A stretch of 63,987 nucleotides of DNA, counting the filler, from Polymyxa betae A26-41 (lineage: Eukaryota; Protista; Endomyxa: Phytomyxea): NCBI GenBank assembly GCA_003693705.1. It is 5 parts of 5 records of this genome, joined end to end, with 100 filler letters (N's around TTAATTAATTAA, not from the genome) between each part and the next. Parts side by side here need not be neighbours in the genome. Positions count along the whole stretch, not along the records: positions 1 to 30,129 come from RBZT01000723.1; positions 30,230 to 47,587 come from RBZT01000385.1; 3 more parts are not named here. One strand, 5' to 3'. Positions 23,588-35,999 of this stretch are shown here, piece after piece (positions within the stretch are counted from its first letter, which is position 1; every line of letters begins with the position of its first letter). Both the position numbers and the translations under genes were made by a program. The notes beneath the pieces were generated by a model. It was not told where the DNA came from and ran no database searches. It saw only the letters and a list, made by a program, of their open reading frames with translations.

Positions 23588-25605
23588 CTCTTATCATCTG
23601 GATTGATGAATTATTAGGATATGCAGATGAAGAGAAAACTTGGTTCACAATTCTTGATCGGACCTTGGAATTAGCTGATAGCTTTAATCTTAAATTTAAT
23701 ATTGAAAAATGTCATCTTTTCTTGAAAGAGGTCAAATTTTGTGGACGAATATTTGGTCCAACGGGTGTGAGACTCAATCCTCGGAGGATTGCTGCGTTAA
23801 CTGAAATGCCAATTCCAAAATGAGCTAATGAGCTGCAGCAAATTCTAATGGCATCGCAATGGATGGCTCGTTCCATCCCAAATTATCATAAGATAGTTAT
23901 ATCTTTACAAGATATACTGGAAGATGTAATGAAATTGCAATTACGCCGAACTAAAAGGCCGCAAGTCGAGTTGACTTGCAGCGATTTGGTTTTAATGAAA
24001 TTCATACAAAGGCATTTATTGAATTAAAAAATGCTATTACAAATGCTGTTAAGTTAGCTTATCCTAGCGATCAGATGGTTCAATGTGTCTTTTATGATGC
24101 CAGCCATCATGCTAGTTCAGGATTGTTTTCTCAGATTCCACCTGAAGATATCAATAAACCCATTCATCAACAAAGACATCAGCCTCTTGGTTTTGTAGGC
24201 CACAGATTTAATGGGTCTGAACTGAATTGGGCGACAATTGATAAAGAGGCTTTTGCCATTAAGGATACTTTGAAGAAGCTCTCTTACCTTTTACATATGC
24301 CTTCGCCTTTCCATTTATATACGGATCATAGGAATTTACTGCATATGTACAATCCTTTGAAGTGTGCAAAGCAATCAGCAGAAAGGTTGATTCGTTGGGG
24401 GATTGAAATACGGGATTATAATTACCTAATTCATCATATCTCCGGCGAAGATAATCATTGGGCTGATTTGCTATCTAGATGGGGTGCGGGTGTATGTGAT
24501 GTCTCTGATAATGAACCCATAGTTCATGTCAGAGCGCTACGAATATCGGAAGATATTACTCCGACCGAACCAAATCATTTATTAAATGATACTATTCGTG
24601 TACAGCCTTGTAAAAAATATATTCTGGCCAGACACGTCTGAAATTATGACGGAGCAAAATCTCCATTTTCCCAATAGCCTTTTTGCTAAAAATTCAGATG
24701 GACTTTTGGTTGATACACAAAACAGAATAGTTATACCCATTCAAAGTGTTGACCTGATTAAGCGACTATGCATTATAGCACATGCTGGTTGTCATTGTGG
24801 TCATTTGTCTTATAAAAATGCATTAGCTATGCTACAAGACTGGGTATATTGGATCGGTATGAGACAAGACATCAAGGATGTCTGTTCTGCTTGTTTGCAC
24901 TGTCTTCCAACGCGAAAGGATTTCGTATCCCTCATCCGCTTGGAACTGCGTGCCATGAAAGAAAACCAAATGAGGTTTTGCATTTTGATTATTTTTATGT
25001 TGCATCCAAATTGAAAAGTTCTATGAACTTTCAATGGATATTTGTCATCCGTGATGATTTTTCAGGTCTAGTTTTACTGAGACCTGTACTTGTTCCTAAT
25101 ACAGATGTCACTGTTGGCGCTTTGCTCCAATGGAGGGCCCTGTTTGGAACATGCAGAATGTTTGTTTCCGATCAGGCATCATATTTTGTTTCAGAAGTTA
25201 TGAAACATCTATCCCAAAAAATAGGAACAGAGCAACATTTTGTGACTGCCTATTCTCACTATTCTAATGGAACCATTGAAATAGTAAACCGTAATATTAT
25301 CAATTTATTACGATGTCTTATGTCAGAGTTAGAGCATCTCCACCGCGGGTCTATTCCGAGGTCTATTGAATATAGACCCGTCACGGAATGCCCCACCGCG
25401 GGTCTATAGTCTATCTATTAAATAGACCGGTCTATATTTCCAGGAAATAGACCGCTGGCTATTTAAAGGTCTACGGAGTTGCGTGAGCGTCATGACGGGA
25501 GTTCAATTCTTCTCGACTGTATTTCTGTTGGTTGTTTTTTTTGCGGTTGGGAATTCGGAAGTAGGAGGATGCTCGTTTTGGGTCATTTCGTCACGAACTG
25601 AGCCA

Positions 25606-26336
25606 ATGGGCCGCGGCAAAGGCTGGACCTCGGATGAGGACATGTTCCTCGCTCGCTCTGTCGTGCAGGTTAGCCATGACCCAATCGTAGGCGCTGATAA
25701 AAAAGCGCCAAATTCTATAATCGAGTTCTCCAGCAGTTTTTGCTGTTCGCCCCTGGAAGCAATCGAACTCCAGACGCTCTGTGTAACCGATGGAAGGAGA
25801 TTCTGGCATCATGCTCCAAATTTGCGGGATATCTTGCAACCGCCAAGGCTCAGCCGAAGTTGGGAGAGCAAGAAGATTATTATATAGATGAATCATTCCG
25901 AATTTTTCAGGAAGTTGAAAAAACAGGTTTCAGATTTCGCTCTATATGGGAATATCTTCGACAGCACGTTCCGAAATTTGAGCAGGGCTTGACTCCAAAG
26001 GCGATGCATTCTAAGCGAATGCGACCTGAGGATCAAGATGTATGTGAGGAGGCTCCGGAAGGTCGGTCCCAAACGAGACCTATTGGAACAAAAAAGGCGA
26101 AGCAGATGGCTTACAAGAAGGATGGCGACGATGATGACTGTGTAGAAGTTCAACGGGCTTACGTACTTGAGTCCCGACGTCGTGATGACCTGATCGAAGA
26201 GCAGAACCGATTGGCATTGTTTTCAGTGAACCTTTCTGCCCTGGACGACACTGTGCGAGAGTTCCACGAGCTCAAACGTAAGATAGAGCTGGCTAAGCTG
26301 AAAAAGCAAGCCGAGGAAATGGGTATTCATTCATAA
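25606..26336 (+). pseudogene. Pong ORF1, Myb/SANT-like DNA-binding protein, one frameshift near 25700
   Basis: WTSDEDMFLARS..DPIVGAD / RTPDALCNRW..RPIGTKKAK split across two frames. Confidence 0.85.
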
Positions 26337-27668
26337 ATTTCCGGCTGATTTCCACAGGTGCTCGATCAGGTCAGACTGTAACTGGAAATGCGTAGCAGAA
26401 TCGCGAGTTTCTCGTATACGACCTACTCTTGCTGACAAGGATGCGGCAGGCAGATCTTCGAAGCTTGTCTCCCTAACCTCAATAGGTAGAGAGATCCGTT
26501 GGCGATTGCGACGACGGCGATCTTCACGAGGCTTGCCTGTCTCATAACCATCGTCACCCTCTACCGGTGCCTTTCTCTGGTCTTCCACAATCATATTGTG
26601 AAGAATGATGCAGGTTCGCATGACGGAGGCGATTCTTTCCTGGTCCCACATTCGTGCTGGATTTCTGACAATAGCAAAGCGTTTTTGAAGAACACCGAAT
26701 GCTCGCTCCACATCTTTTCGGCAGCCTTCTTGCTCCCTCCCAAAATACTGTCTTGCAGCGCCTTGGTGATCAGGGATAGATTTCATGAAGACGGGCCAGT
26801 TGGGATAGATACCATCTGCAAGCCAGTACGGCTTCTCGTAGCGATTTTCGTTGATCTCGTAGCTGATTGAAGGCATTGTCCCTGTTATGATTGAATGCAA
26901 CAGAGGTGATCGTTGCAGAACATTGATATCGTTCATACTACCCGGCATTCCGAAGAATGCATACCAAAACCATAGGTCGCGAGATACTGCTGCTTCAAGG
27001 ACAATGGAAGTACCTTTGATGCCTCGAAAGGAGCCATGCCATGCTTTAGGACAATTTTCCCATTTCCAGTTATAGCAATCGATGGAACCTATCATTCCTG
27101 GGAACCCTTGGTCAGAGTTTTCTTTCAAAATGCGTTTCAAATCATCAGATGTTGGTGAGCGCAAGTACCCTGCACCAAATCTGGCTTCTACAGCTGAGCA
27201 GAAATGCTGCAAACATTCGCTGGTAGAGGACTCGCTGATTCTGATATACTCATCGACCATATCGTAGCTCGAACCATTAGCTAAAATTCTGATTGCAGAG
27301 ACCATTTTCTGGACTGGATAAAGGCCTATCTTTCCGAGAGCATCGGTTTTCTGCTCAAACCAAGGATCCTGGGTCCTAACACCATCCATGATTCGAAGAA
27401 AAAGCTCACGGCGCATCCGGAATCGCCTCCGAAACACTCTTGAGTTGAAAACCGGATTCTCTGCGAAATAATCTTTGAAGATTCGCTGGAACCCGTCCTC
27501 AAAATCACGTTCTGTATTCGGTTCTTTGCCAGGACGCGATCTTCCGTGAACAGGAGAGTCGAGAGCCTTCCGTTTCAAACTGAAGAACATCCGGGCCTCA
27601 ACCAGATCATCATCCAAGCTAGTATCCCGTCGCACTCGCTCAAAACATTCCCCAATTATCGGATCCAT
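26331..27668 (-). CDS. Pong/PIF DDE transposase, intact 445 aa
   Basis: FRRRFRM, GFPGMIGSIDC, YWLADGIYP, RKDVERAFGVLQ, CIILHNMIVED, DLIEHLW. Confidence 0.95.
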   Translation of the reverse strand: MDPIIGECFERVRRDTSLDDDLVEARMFFSLKRKALDSPVHGRSRPGKEPNTERDFEDGFQRIFKDYFAENPVFNSRVFRRRFRMRRELFLRIMDGVRTQDPWFEQKTDALGKIGLYPVQKMVSAIRILANGSSYDMVDEYIRISESSTSECLQHFCSAVEARFGAGYLRSPTSDDLKRILKENSDQGFPGMIGSIDCYNWKWENCPKAWHGSFRGIKGTSIVLEAAVSRDLWFWYAFFGMPGSMNDINVLQRSPLLHSIITGTMPSISYEINENRYEKPYWLADGIYPNWPVFMKSIPDHQGAARQYFGREQEGCRKDVERAFGVLQKRFAIVRNPARMWDQERIASVMRTCIILHNMIVEDQRKAPVEGDDGYETGKPREDRRRRNRQRISLPIEVRETSFEDLPAASLSARVGRIRETRDSATHFQLQSDLIEHLWKSAGNL

Positions 27669-28938
27669 TTGTATATTTGAATGTACAATAGAACGCGCGC
27701 GCGGTGCGGCGATCTATATAAACCTGGTCTATTTTAACTCCATGGCGCAGAAAATCTCGAATAGACCTTAGAATAGACTCCACGCGGTGGAGATGCTCTT
27801 ACGATCTGATAAAGCGAACTGGCCTTGGTTTGTAAAGATAGTAGAACATGCTTTGAACCATCGCCCGCAGCGCCGATTAGGAGGTAACGCTCCAATAACT
27901 GTAATGACAGGATTGCCTGCAGACAATCCACTAGATCCTATTTTTTACAATCCTCAAAAATTAGCGATTAGCTCAGTTGATGTGAATTCTGAGCAGTTTT
28001 TAAATTGGGTTGAGAAACTGCAATTGAGTCTCCAAAAATATGCATATAGATGTCATATCAATTACAACATCTGAGCGGCAGTCTCACCGTGATTGTAAAT
28101 CGCATCATTGAACACTTGCCAATTTTGATATTGGTGATTATGTTCTTGTGGCTATACCAGAGCGTAAGTCTACGAATAGTAATAAGTTAGGCTTTATTTG
28201 GCATGGGCCATTTAGAATAGTGGATGTTCACCGAGCTTATGTGTTTACAGTTGAGAATCTCCTTTCTGGGGAAACTCAGGAAGTACAGGGTGACCGTATC
28301 CAATTCTATAGTGATAAATCTTTGAAAGTCACTGAGGATATTCTGACACAGTTTCAGTATGATACATCTAATCGACAATTAGAGAAGATTTGTGATGCTA
28401 GATTGAACTCAACTAGCACTGATATTGAATTTTCCATTAAATGGAAAGGTTTTACTGAGTTGGAGAATTCATGGTGTCCTGGTGCTAATATTCGTAAGCA
28501 CTATCCAATGGCAATTCGTGAATTTTTGCAAAATTCTCCGAACCATCCATTTGCCTCAATTGTTGGCGCATCTTTACCAAACTTTTAATTGCGCACATTT
28601 GTTTAGAGGTAGATCTTTTTTCCAAAACTCGATTTATCCCACAGGGTTTGCGGGTGCGGTTTTACTGGTGCTTCTAACATGTACGATGAATGATATTTAA
28701 CCCAAACTTTTCCCTTCTTTCTCAAAATTTGTCTTGGGGGAGGTAGTGTATGGGAATTATAATAACAGATGAATTTCTCCCTGTTATTGATTGTACGTGG
28801 ACACATCCCTAGATCATTGGTGATGAACAGCAAGGCGCGATCCCTGTGATTTCAATTCAACAGTTTATGAATACATATTTTTTATCGTTCTCTTTAAAAG
28901 ATCGCACATTTCGACAATAACTGCGTGAATGTCCCTTG

Positions 28939-30129
28939 TGTTGGATAGCAGACCACGCTAAAGTTTATGGTCACGGATATCGGCGATCGGAACGGAGATG
29001 ATCGGTCCGACCAACGATTGGGCCCTGGTGATTTATTATCTGATGAATACATTCATTCTACTAATCTGCCTACAACATTCGTTACGTAACTATCTGACAA
29101 AGAAATTTCTTTAGTCTAAAGGCTATTATTTTATGTCACAAATTGCTGCAGGGGTGCTGGAAAACATTCTGGCATCTATGTTTCAACAAGTGCGATCACA
29201 GGAAAATAGGGACGCCCGTGATGGTGCTGCAATGCAGGTTGACCGCAATGGGGTCGATTTGGGGCCTGCTATTAATACCGCTGATATGTTTCAACCTTCA
29301 CATCCACCTGTTCTATTGAAAATGGACCGCAAATCCATTATTGACTTCAAGAAGCAAGTGCGTCGATATAGAGATATATTGGAAGATGCTCGGAGACGTG
29401 GTGCTGGTGCGTCTGCATTTCCAGTGGCGATAAGGCATATGATTGATCCCAGCCTCATGAATTTTTGGAAAATGACCATTACCGAGAGCTTCCTGAAGGG
29501 ATCAATCGCACCAATGTCACGGACGAGATGTTGGCGCATGTTTTTGATGAATATTTAAAAGCTGACGCTTCTTCTGTTCATCATATCCGTGAGACTGTTG
29601 TCTCCACTCTGAAAATGAGGATGGATTTGCCTCCTCGTATCGGATTTCACACCTGGTCCACGATTTCGATGATCTCATCGAATCGAATAATTTTCAAGCT
29701 GCATTTTCTTCAAAAAATGGTCCGAAAAATTATGTCCGACTTCTTTGTGAAGTCATTCAACCAATCGAATTGAAGCGGCATATGAAAGACCTTATCCAGT
29801 GGCAACAATCGGAGCTGGAAGATGATAGGTTCGGTTTTGTTGCTGCATTATATAATAATGTTGAGACGTATGAGAATGTTTTTAAATACTCTCGGCCGAG
29901 TTTTGGAAAGCGGCCTGCTCCTCCTTCGTCCTCATCATCATCATCATCATTTAAACCTAATGTTTCTAAGAAGGCCCGCCCATAACATGTTAAAAATGCC
30001 AGAAAACGGGCCATCATATAAAGGCGTGTCCTTTAAAGCCTTCGGCTGCTGAGCAGAAACAACTAATCGCTCAGTATAAACTTAAAAACAAAAAAAAATC
30101 GTTGAAATCTTCTGCTTATTCTTTGATAG
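28939..30129 (+). mobile_element. Ty3/gypsy 5' LTR (28939-29077) and gag fragment
   Basis: TGTTG..CAACA; gag similar to element A (DILEDARRRGAG vs DVLENARRHGAG). Confidence 0.75.
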
Positions 30130-30229
30130 NNNNNNNNNNNNNNNNNNNNNNNNNNNNNNNNNNNNNNNNNNNNTTAATTAATTAANNNNNNNNNNNNNNN
30201 NNNNNNNNNNNNNNNNNNNNNNNNNNNNN
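30130..30229. other. Artificial contig linker (Ns + TTAATTAATTAA six-frame stop); also at 47588-47687, 52067-52166, 58184-58283
   Basis: Same 100-nt structure four times. Confidence 0.97.
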
Positions 30230-30553
30230 CACCCTAAGATCCCTAGCTTCTAAAGGAATCCTGACTCTGCCCGTTTTTGTTAATAACAGACTACCATTAG
30301 AATCTATGCTAGGTCCGAAATACTGTTCCTGGTATGAACGAATCTCATCAATTGATGGCCAAACAAACTCTTTCTTCTGTAATGGCCTCACTCTGTATTC
30401 AGCTGGAATACTACAAACAGTTCTAGATGAGAGTGTTCGGACCTCTACAATCTCTGTTGTGGGAGCTGTCAACAAATCTGACTAAACATCATCTTCACCT
30501 CTGATATACTGTATCTGATTGTTGAACTTCTGTATCTCTAAAGCCCAACGCTG
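30230..30553 (-). pseudogene. Gypsy pol fragment (RNase H to integrase linker)
   Basis: QRWALEIQKF, FVWPSIDEI, RVRIP; homologous to 24390-24780. Confidence 0.7.
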
Positions 30554-30555
30554 NN

Positions 30556-31247
30556 CTTGGAAACTGAAGGTGAAAAATTGCGCTAACGCATACCTGTGCG
30601 CAAGCTCTGCTCTAGAATTGCCATTATATACAGGGGTTTATTCTGGTTAAGAACCACTGCATCATAATGACTCTCTGAGAGGTTGGCTAATGGCTGAGCC
30701 AACCATATATCAGGGTTAGGGTTAGGGTTTGGAAGCGCAGCCTCCATCTGGGTGGAACCCCCCCCCAACGGTGCAGTAACCCCTTGCATACCCTCCTGAG
30801 GATACGCAACTCTTAGCGCAGCCAACCATAGCCGCGCAGCCTCCAACGCAGCTTCTGGCCGCGAGGCCTCCTGCGCAGCCCCTTGCGAGGACGCGGCCTC
30901 GGGCGGAGCCCCTTGCTGCGTGGCCTCCTGCGCAACCCTCTGGGGTGGCGCGGCCTCTGCAACACTGCCCTGGTTGTGATGCCCGACTTGGACATCACCA
31001 GCGCCAGCTGGGCGCTGTTCGGCAGCTGAGCTCGTGTCCATCAGGTTAGAGGTGGTACGCCAACTAAAGACGTCTTTGTGGCAATCTGTCGTTCAAGCCT
31101 GAGACGATTGCACGAAGAAATAGTGAAGATGAATCTCTATTAATTATATGCGTATTCAAGCCCTTAGTAAATCCAAATATTCATCGGAGTTGATTGATAG
31201 CCAGAGTATGCGTAAATTAGAGCCATACAATATCTAATATTGTTACA
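30556..31247 (-). mobile_element. LTR, TGG-type PBS and Ala/Gln/Pro-rich gag N-terminus of an LTR element
   Basis: TGTAACA start at 31247, TGGCGTACCA just upstream of the ATG at 31041. Confidence 0.5.
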
Positions 31248-32440
31248 AGCTATGCTCATTGGTTTCGCCGGTCATTGCGATCAATGCTCGATCAACAGGA
31301 ATGCCTCGTTCAGTATTTGGATGACAGCCCAAACTATCGCCCGATCAGCGCCTTCTACATTTCATAATGTACATGAAGCTTGACAATGCAGTTCGATATG
31401 ACGCCTTCACCTGGAACTGGTCGAAAAGTTCCTCGTGCGACGATTCTGTTTTCGTTGCATTCTGTATCAACGAAGCATTACGAGACGAACTTCGCTGGCC
31501 CGGTGCAGAGTATCGCGAACGAGGCTGGCTTCTCGACTCCCTGCATTCCTAGGCTGCATTGGATTTATCGATGGGACTCTCGTTCAAATACGGCCGGCCT
31601 AAAGATCTCAACATTCACCGTTGGTATTTCAACGGGAGAAAGAAGATCTACTGTTTCAACAGCACCGTCGTTGTCGACCACGATGGGCTATTCATATTCG
31701 TTGATCCAAGGTAGTAAGTACCCTGGGTCGTACCACGATGTCAATATTCTACGCCAGTCGAGTCTGTATCGCAACTGGAGACAGCATTTTGTTGAAGTTC
31801 CCTCTAACGTTCAGGCCTCTTTGACCAAACAAGAGAGTCAAGCTTGACCATGCAACACAGGCGGTCAAAACTCCGTGGCGGACGTTTCCGATTTATGACA
31901 GTGCAATAATATTATAATTCTATATAAGATGCCACCCGGCTCATAATACATTCATTCATTATTATATTGCTCTCTTATCCTCAACATCGACTTCAACATT
32001 CGTAGACGCTGTCAGCTGCTTCCGGCAAAGGACTGCTGACCCTCTGCCTCCACCCTCCATCTTTAACACATTTTGCACATCGTGACGATTACTTTGAATA
32101 TCTGCTAGGTGATCCTGGCTATGTGGGCGAAGAGATGTTTATAATGCGACGTATTGATCGCCGCGAGATGGACGAGGACGATAATGATCAGATGACAGCT
32201 GTAGATGCATACAATGCAATGCATGGTGGCCACCGAGTACGAGTTTGAATGGGGAATTGGCGGACTCAAGAGGAATGGAAACGTCTTATGAAGCGCTTCG
32301 ACTCTTCGAGAGAGAAGTTTCCAACATTGTTCCATGCAGCAGCCATCCTAACAATTTTCTTACTGCGCCGACGAATCGACATGTCTGTGGTCGTTTTTGA
32401 CCAAGATGAAGCTGACGTTGGCTGGGAGGGCGATTACTAA
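31248..32440 (+). pseudogene. HARBI1-like (DDE_Tnp_4) Harbinger transposase pseudogene
   Basis: GCIGFIDGT, YPGSYHDVNILRQS, LGDPGY, EWGIGGLKR.WKRLMKRF; same family as 43630-44845. Confidence 0.85.
31790..32068. mobile_element. Solo LTR (279 bp)
   Basis: TGTTGAAG...TTTAACA, TSD CATTT at 31785-31789 and 32069-32073. Confidence 0.9.
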
Positions 32441-32488
32441 CGCTCTTTATTCATTTGTATCTACAACAGAAGAGAAGCAGCTCGCCTG

Positions 32489-33536
32489 TTAAATTCCTCT
32501 TGTGAAATTAGTCCCAGAGCCAAGGCTTCTTTTTAAATTTTCTATTTTGGCTCGCGTGGCTTTGGCTTCAAGAAGCTGTTGCTTCAAGCTGTTATTTTTG
32601 CTGATGCGGGCGATTGAGCTCGATTGTTTATCGGGCATCTGCGCTTTTGTTTTAATGTTGGGCTCTTGTGGCGTTTTAGACGAAAGGCCTACATTGGGTT
32701 TTGTGTTTGGTGTCTGCATCATGCTGATGCATTCTTCTCGTTTGGCTAATGTGACGCATACTTTACTGCGTCCTACTGCTCGTAAAACTGCGTATCCCCT
32801 TCCTTCCTTTTCTTAAATCTTTCTTTATTTTGTTCTTCTGACGAATTATCGCGGTCCTACTAATCATCGGTCTCCTTGATTCCACGGTGCCGCCACGGTC
32901 TTTAGGCAATAATGCATTCAATTTCCATTCTCTCTGTAATTTCCATCTCGTCTCTAACGTCGTCCGAACAGCCGCAGTCGGCGGTTCGTGTCGTCGTCCC
33001 GACGTCAACTGGAAAGTTGTCACAGCAAACATGTTCCTCTTTGCATGCCCATCAGTCATTTTGATCTGTTCTAAAAAATCTCCTGGCTGTAACGCCGCCT
33101 TTCCGTTTTCGCTGTCTGCAGTTCCAGTTTTTTGCTCAGATTTTGTTGGTCTAATTGAGGTTTTTAAATGTTCGACAGATATTCTGCAGTCAGGGAAGGC
33201 TACACGGTAGTCAGTTTCAACCTGAAAAATCGAGGATATTAACCAATCGAGAATAAAAAAGGTCCCAAGAATCGTTACGCTTTTCCACATTTTCGCAGGC
33301 AAAATCTGAGTTATATTCTTTTTGCCATTTGAGTAAACAGCAAAATGTTTATTGTACGAAGCCATCAACACACTAATTCGATGACTGTCGGCAACTTGGC
33401 CCTTTGGTTGAGGCTTTTCAGCCTGGCAAGGAGCGGCAATGGAATTGTCAAAGTCCAGTTTTCGTTTGCTTGGGACTTCGGTCTTGGATGATCCAAGGGA
33501 GCTAGATGAGCAATCGCTATTACTCATGATCTCCAT
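32489..33536 (-). pseudogene. Convergent partner ORF of the Harbinger element (divergent Myb/SANT-like), with probable intron near 33223-33278
   Basis: Tail-to-tail with the transposase; W..V..DY..FP..S.E.LK motif after splicing GTAACG..TTTCAG. Confidence 0.5.
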
Positions 33537-33899
33537 CCAACTTCAGTATCAAAGTTCGAAGACCGAGCGCGCAGCCTGCCGACCGGAATTCCCGAGGAAA
33601 CTCAGTCGTGCTGAGTTTTCAGAACATCTCCGAGTTCCGCCGTGAGTTTCAGCCGAGGGCTGCGCCCTCCCAAGCTCGTCGGGAGTTTTCTTAAAACTCC
33701 GTACGACTCCGCTGACTTTGCCCCATTTACGGACCAGTTTATAGACGGACATGTTTATATCCTCATTTTGTAAACTGTGTTTGCATTGCCCTTTAAATCG
33801 AGGTGAAGTTGTTCTACGTCCCTTTGGCCTGGCTACCCATGCTGCTGCTCGCAACTCAGTGCTTCACTTCGATCACTTACAAATTGATCGATCTCGTAA

Positions 33900-34384
33900 G
33901 TAGCAATTTAATTATCTTTTCGTTGTTCGTGACGATTTATCATCTTTTGTAGAATTATTTCCTTGCTTAAATTCTACTGCGTCTTTTGCCGCTGAATGTT
34001 CGATTGACTGGATCACCCGATATGGCATCCCTTCTATCTTTGTTTCTGATCGTGGTTCTCACTTTCTAAACTCTCTTATTGAAGCGGGATGTTTAAAATT
34101 GCACATTAATCATCATTTCACTCTTGCCTGTTGTCTATGGTATAATGGCATTATCGAAATCATTAATCGTCATATTCTGCATGTCTTTCGTTCTTTTATT
34201 TCTGAATTTCGCCTTGACTTGGTTGATTGGCCTATTCTTGTTCCTCTGATCCGTTTTGCTCTGAACCATTCTACTCCATCTGGTCGACCTGCTGTTGCTA
34301 CCCTGTTTTTGGGTCTATCTCTTTCCTCTCCGCTGGACGCCGTCTACAATCCTCGAACGAAAGCTGTCGTTCCTGTACCGTTTG
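33900..34384 (+). pseudogene. Gypsy integrase core fragment
   Basis: VVRDDLSSF, YGIPSIFVSDRGSHF, NGIIEIINR. Confidence 0.85.
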
Positions 34385-35706
34385 TGTGGTGAGGCTGTCT
34401 CACATTCGAGACAAAAAGAATAAATGAGACAAAATCGATGCTAATGATTGATCAGTGACATTGATCCATCTGAAGGTATCCGTGGAAAACCCTAACGAGA
34501 CAGGAGGAGACCTAGAAGGACCAAATCGCCACTGGGGGCCCAGTGGTGTCGGAACTGCCGGCCTCCGGAAGCCCGGAACTACCCTGGCCGGACTGGACGA
34601 GACCTTGGGGCCTGGAATCTAATTCTACTAAATCATAATTCCACTGTGCTCTCAATTGTAAAGTCTTTGTTCACGTAGGAGACCAACGACACAGAACGTT
34701 CTGTAGCCGTGCTAGCTCAAGTCTACGCTACAACCCTAACCCTAACCCTACCCCTTCAATTGTCATCATGTTGAGCAACGTCGTCCAGTGCCGTGAACTC
34801 GATCCTTACTACAACGAGGACTCTTCCACGGACTCATGCTCTATCCCGGACGTCGTTATGCGAGTCCATGACGATGATAACAGTGTAACGTTATCACCAA
34901 CCACCGATGTTTCGGTAGACGCCAGCGTGTTGAGCGTCGATGCATCCAACGGACCGGATGTATCGTACCGGCGGAGTCTCGACCCTCTGGCCAAGTTTTC
35001 ATGCAAGCTAACAACGCGCCTACGTTAAGGCGGACCGATACCAAGGGCATTAGACTGTTCTTGCGCAAGTATGCGCTGTATCGGCAGAACATCGAGGATG
35101 TCAATTCGGAGTCCGCGGTCACGGTAACTCTGCGGACTGGCAAGTCGATGTTCGACCCGGTTTTATTATCGGCGCTTATGAAGTATGAGCGGGACTGGAG
35201 GTCCCCGCCGGAACGGCTTGATGTGACTCGTTCCTGCTACGATGGCTGAAGAAGCAGCAGGGCAGCGAACCCTCGAGCCAGAAAACTCTTTCCAAGATTA
35301 TGCGTGAGAATCTGAAGATGGACTTTTGGATTTAGCAGCTCGTGTTCATGACCTCGCAACTCGGCTTGCAAAAAGAACCTTGTCAGATACTTGATAGAGG
35401 CCGTGCAAACCCCCAGCTTTCGAAACTACATGAAGAATGCTGTCAATGCTTCGATGCATGCCGCATTTCAGCAGTATACCGAGGCTTTCTTTGACATACT
35501 GAAGGCCAAAGCCAAGATATTCGACGAGATGAAGTCAATGGGTCAGGACATGGGAGTCACGCGCCGCTCGTTTGCGGTTTCCGAGTCCGACTCCGACCCT
35601 GACGATGATCGGTCTGTAGTCTCGAAGTTCAGTACAGAATCGTACAAGCACTTCGTCGAGGCTCGAGGGACTCCTTCAGCTACCGCGCAGCTCGGACAAC
35701 TAACGT
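34385..35706 (+). mobile_element. Gypsy 5' LTR (34385-34693) and degenerate gag
   Basis: TG..CA LTR shared with 21077-21372; P.L..TD..I..F..Y and LIEAVQTPSFR gag motifs like element A. Confidence 0.75.
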
Positions 35707-35999
35707 AGCTGTTTTCCGTAAAATGGGATTTTATCTATAGTACATTTAACTCACTCCGCGCACAATTTACTATTAACTTTGCGGACAAGTCTACTGATTA
35801 ACATCTATAATACAATTTGTATTGTAAAATAAACCCCAATTTTCTTCTGTTAAGACCATGGAACTGAGCAAAAAATCACGCCTTCATTTTATTAAGACCC
35901 TGAAAGTAGTGATGAATCAGGGTTGGGGGTGTTAAAACTCACAATCCAGGGTTTATGGCTTATTAGAAATACCGATTACAAAAGGAAATACTGTAAATC

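Larger units (their letters stand above)
25332..27798. mobile_element. Full-length Pong-like PIF/Harbinger transposon inserted in the gypsy A integrase
   Basis: TIR GAGCATCTCCACCGCG, TSD TTA at 25329-25331 and 27799-27801, GTCTAT subterminal repeats, two convergent ORFs. Confidence 0.96.
17076..28908 (+). mobile_element. Chromodomain-bearing Ty3/gypsy element A (degenerate) carrying nested copia, TRIM and Pong elements
   Basis: LTRs 17076-17238 and 28747-28908, TSD TTTCG at 17071-17075 and 28909-28913, PPT before 28747; CCHC gag, ILDSGAD protease, IIWIDELLG RT, YTDHRNL RNase H, FVSDQASYF IN, KWKGFTELENSW chromodomain. Confidence 0.93.

Noticed and set aside
30174-30185. Recurring palindrome TTAATTAATTAA
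   Set aside because: Always embedded in identical N blocks; a synthetic six-frame-stop linker.
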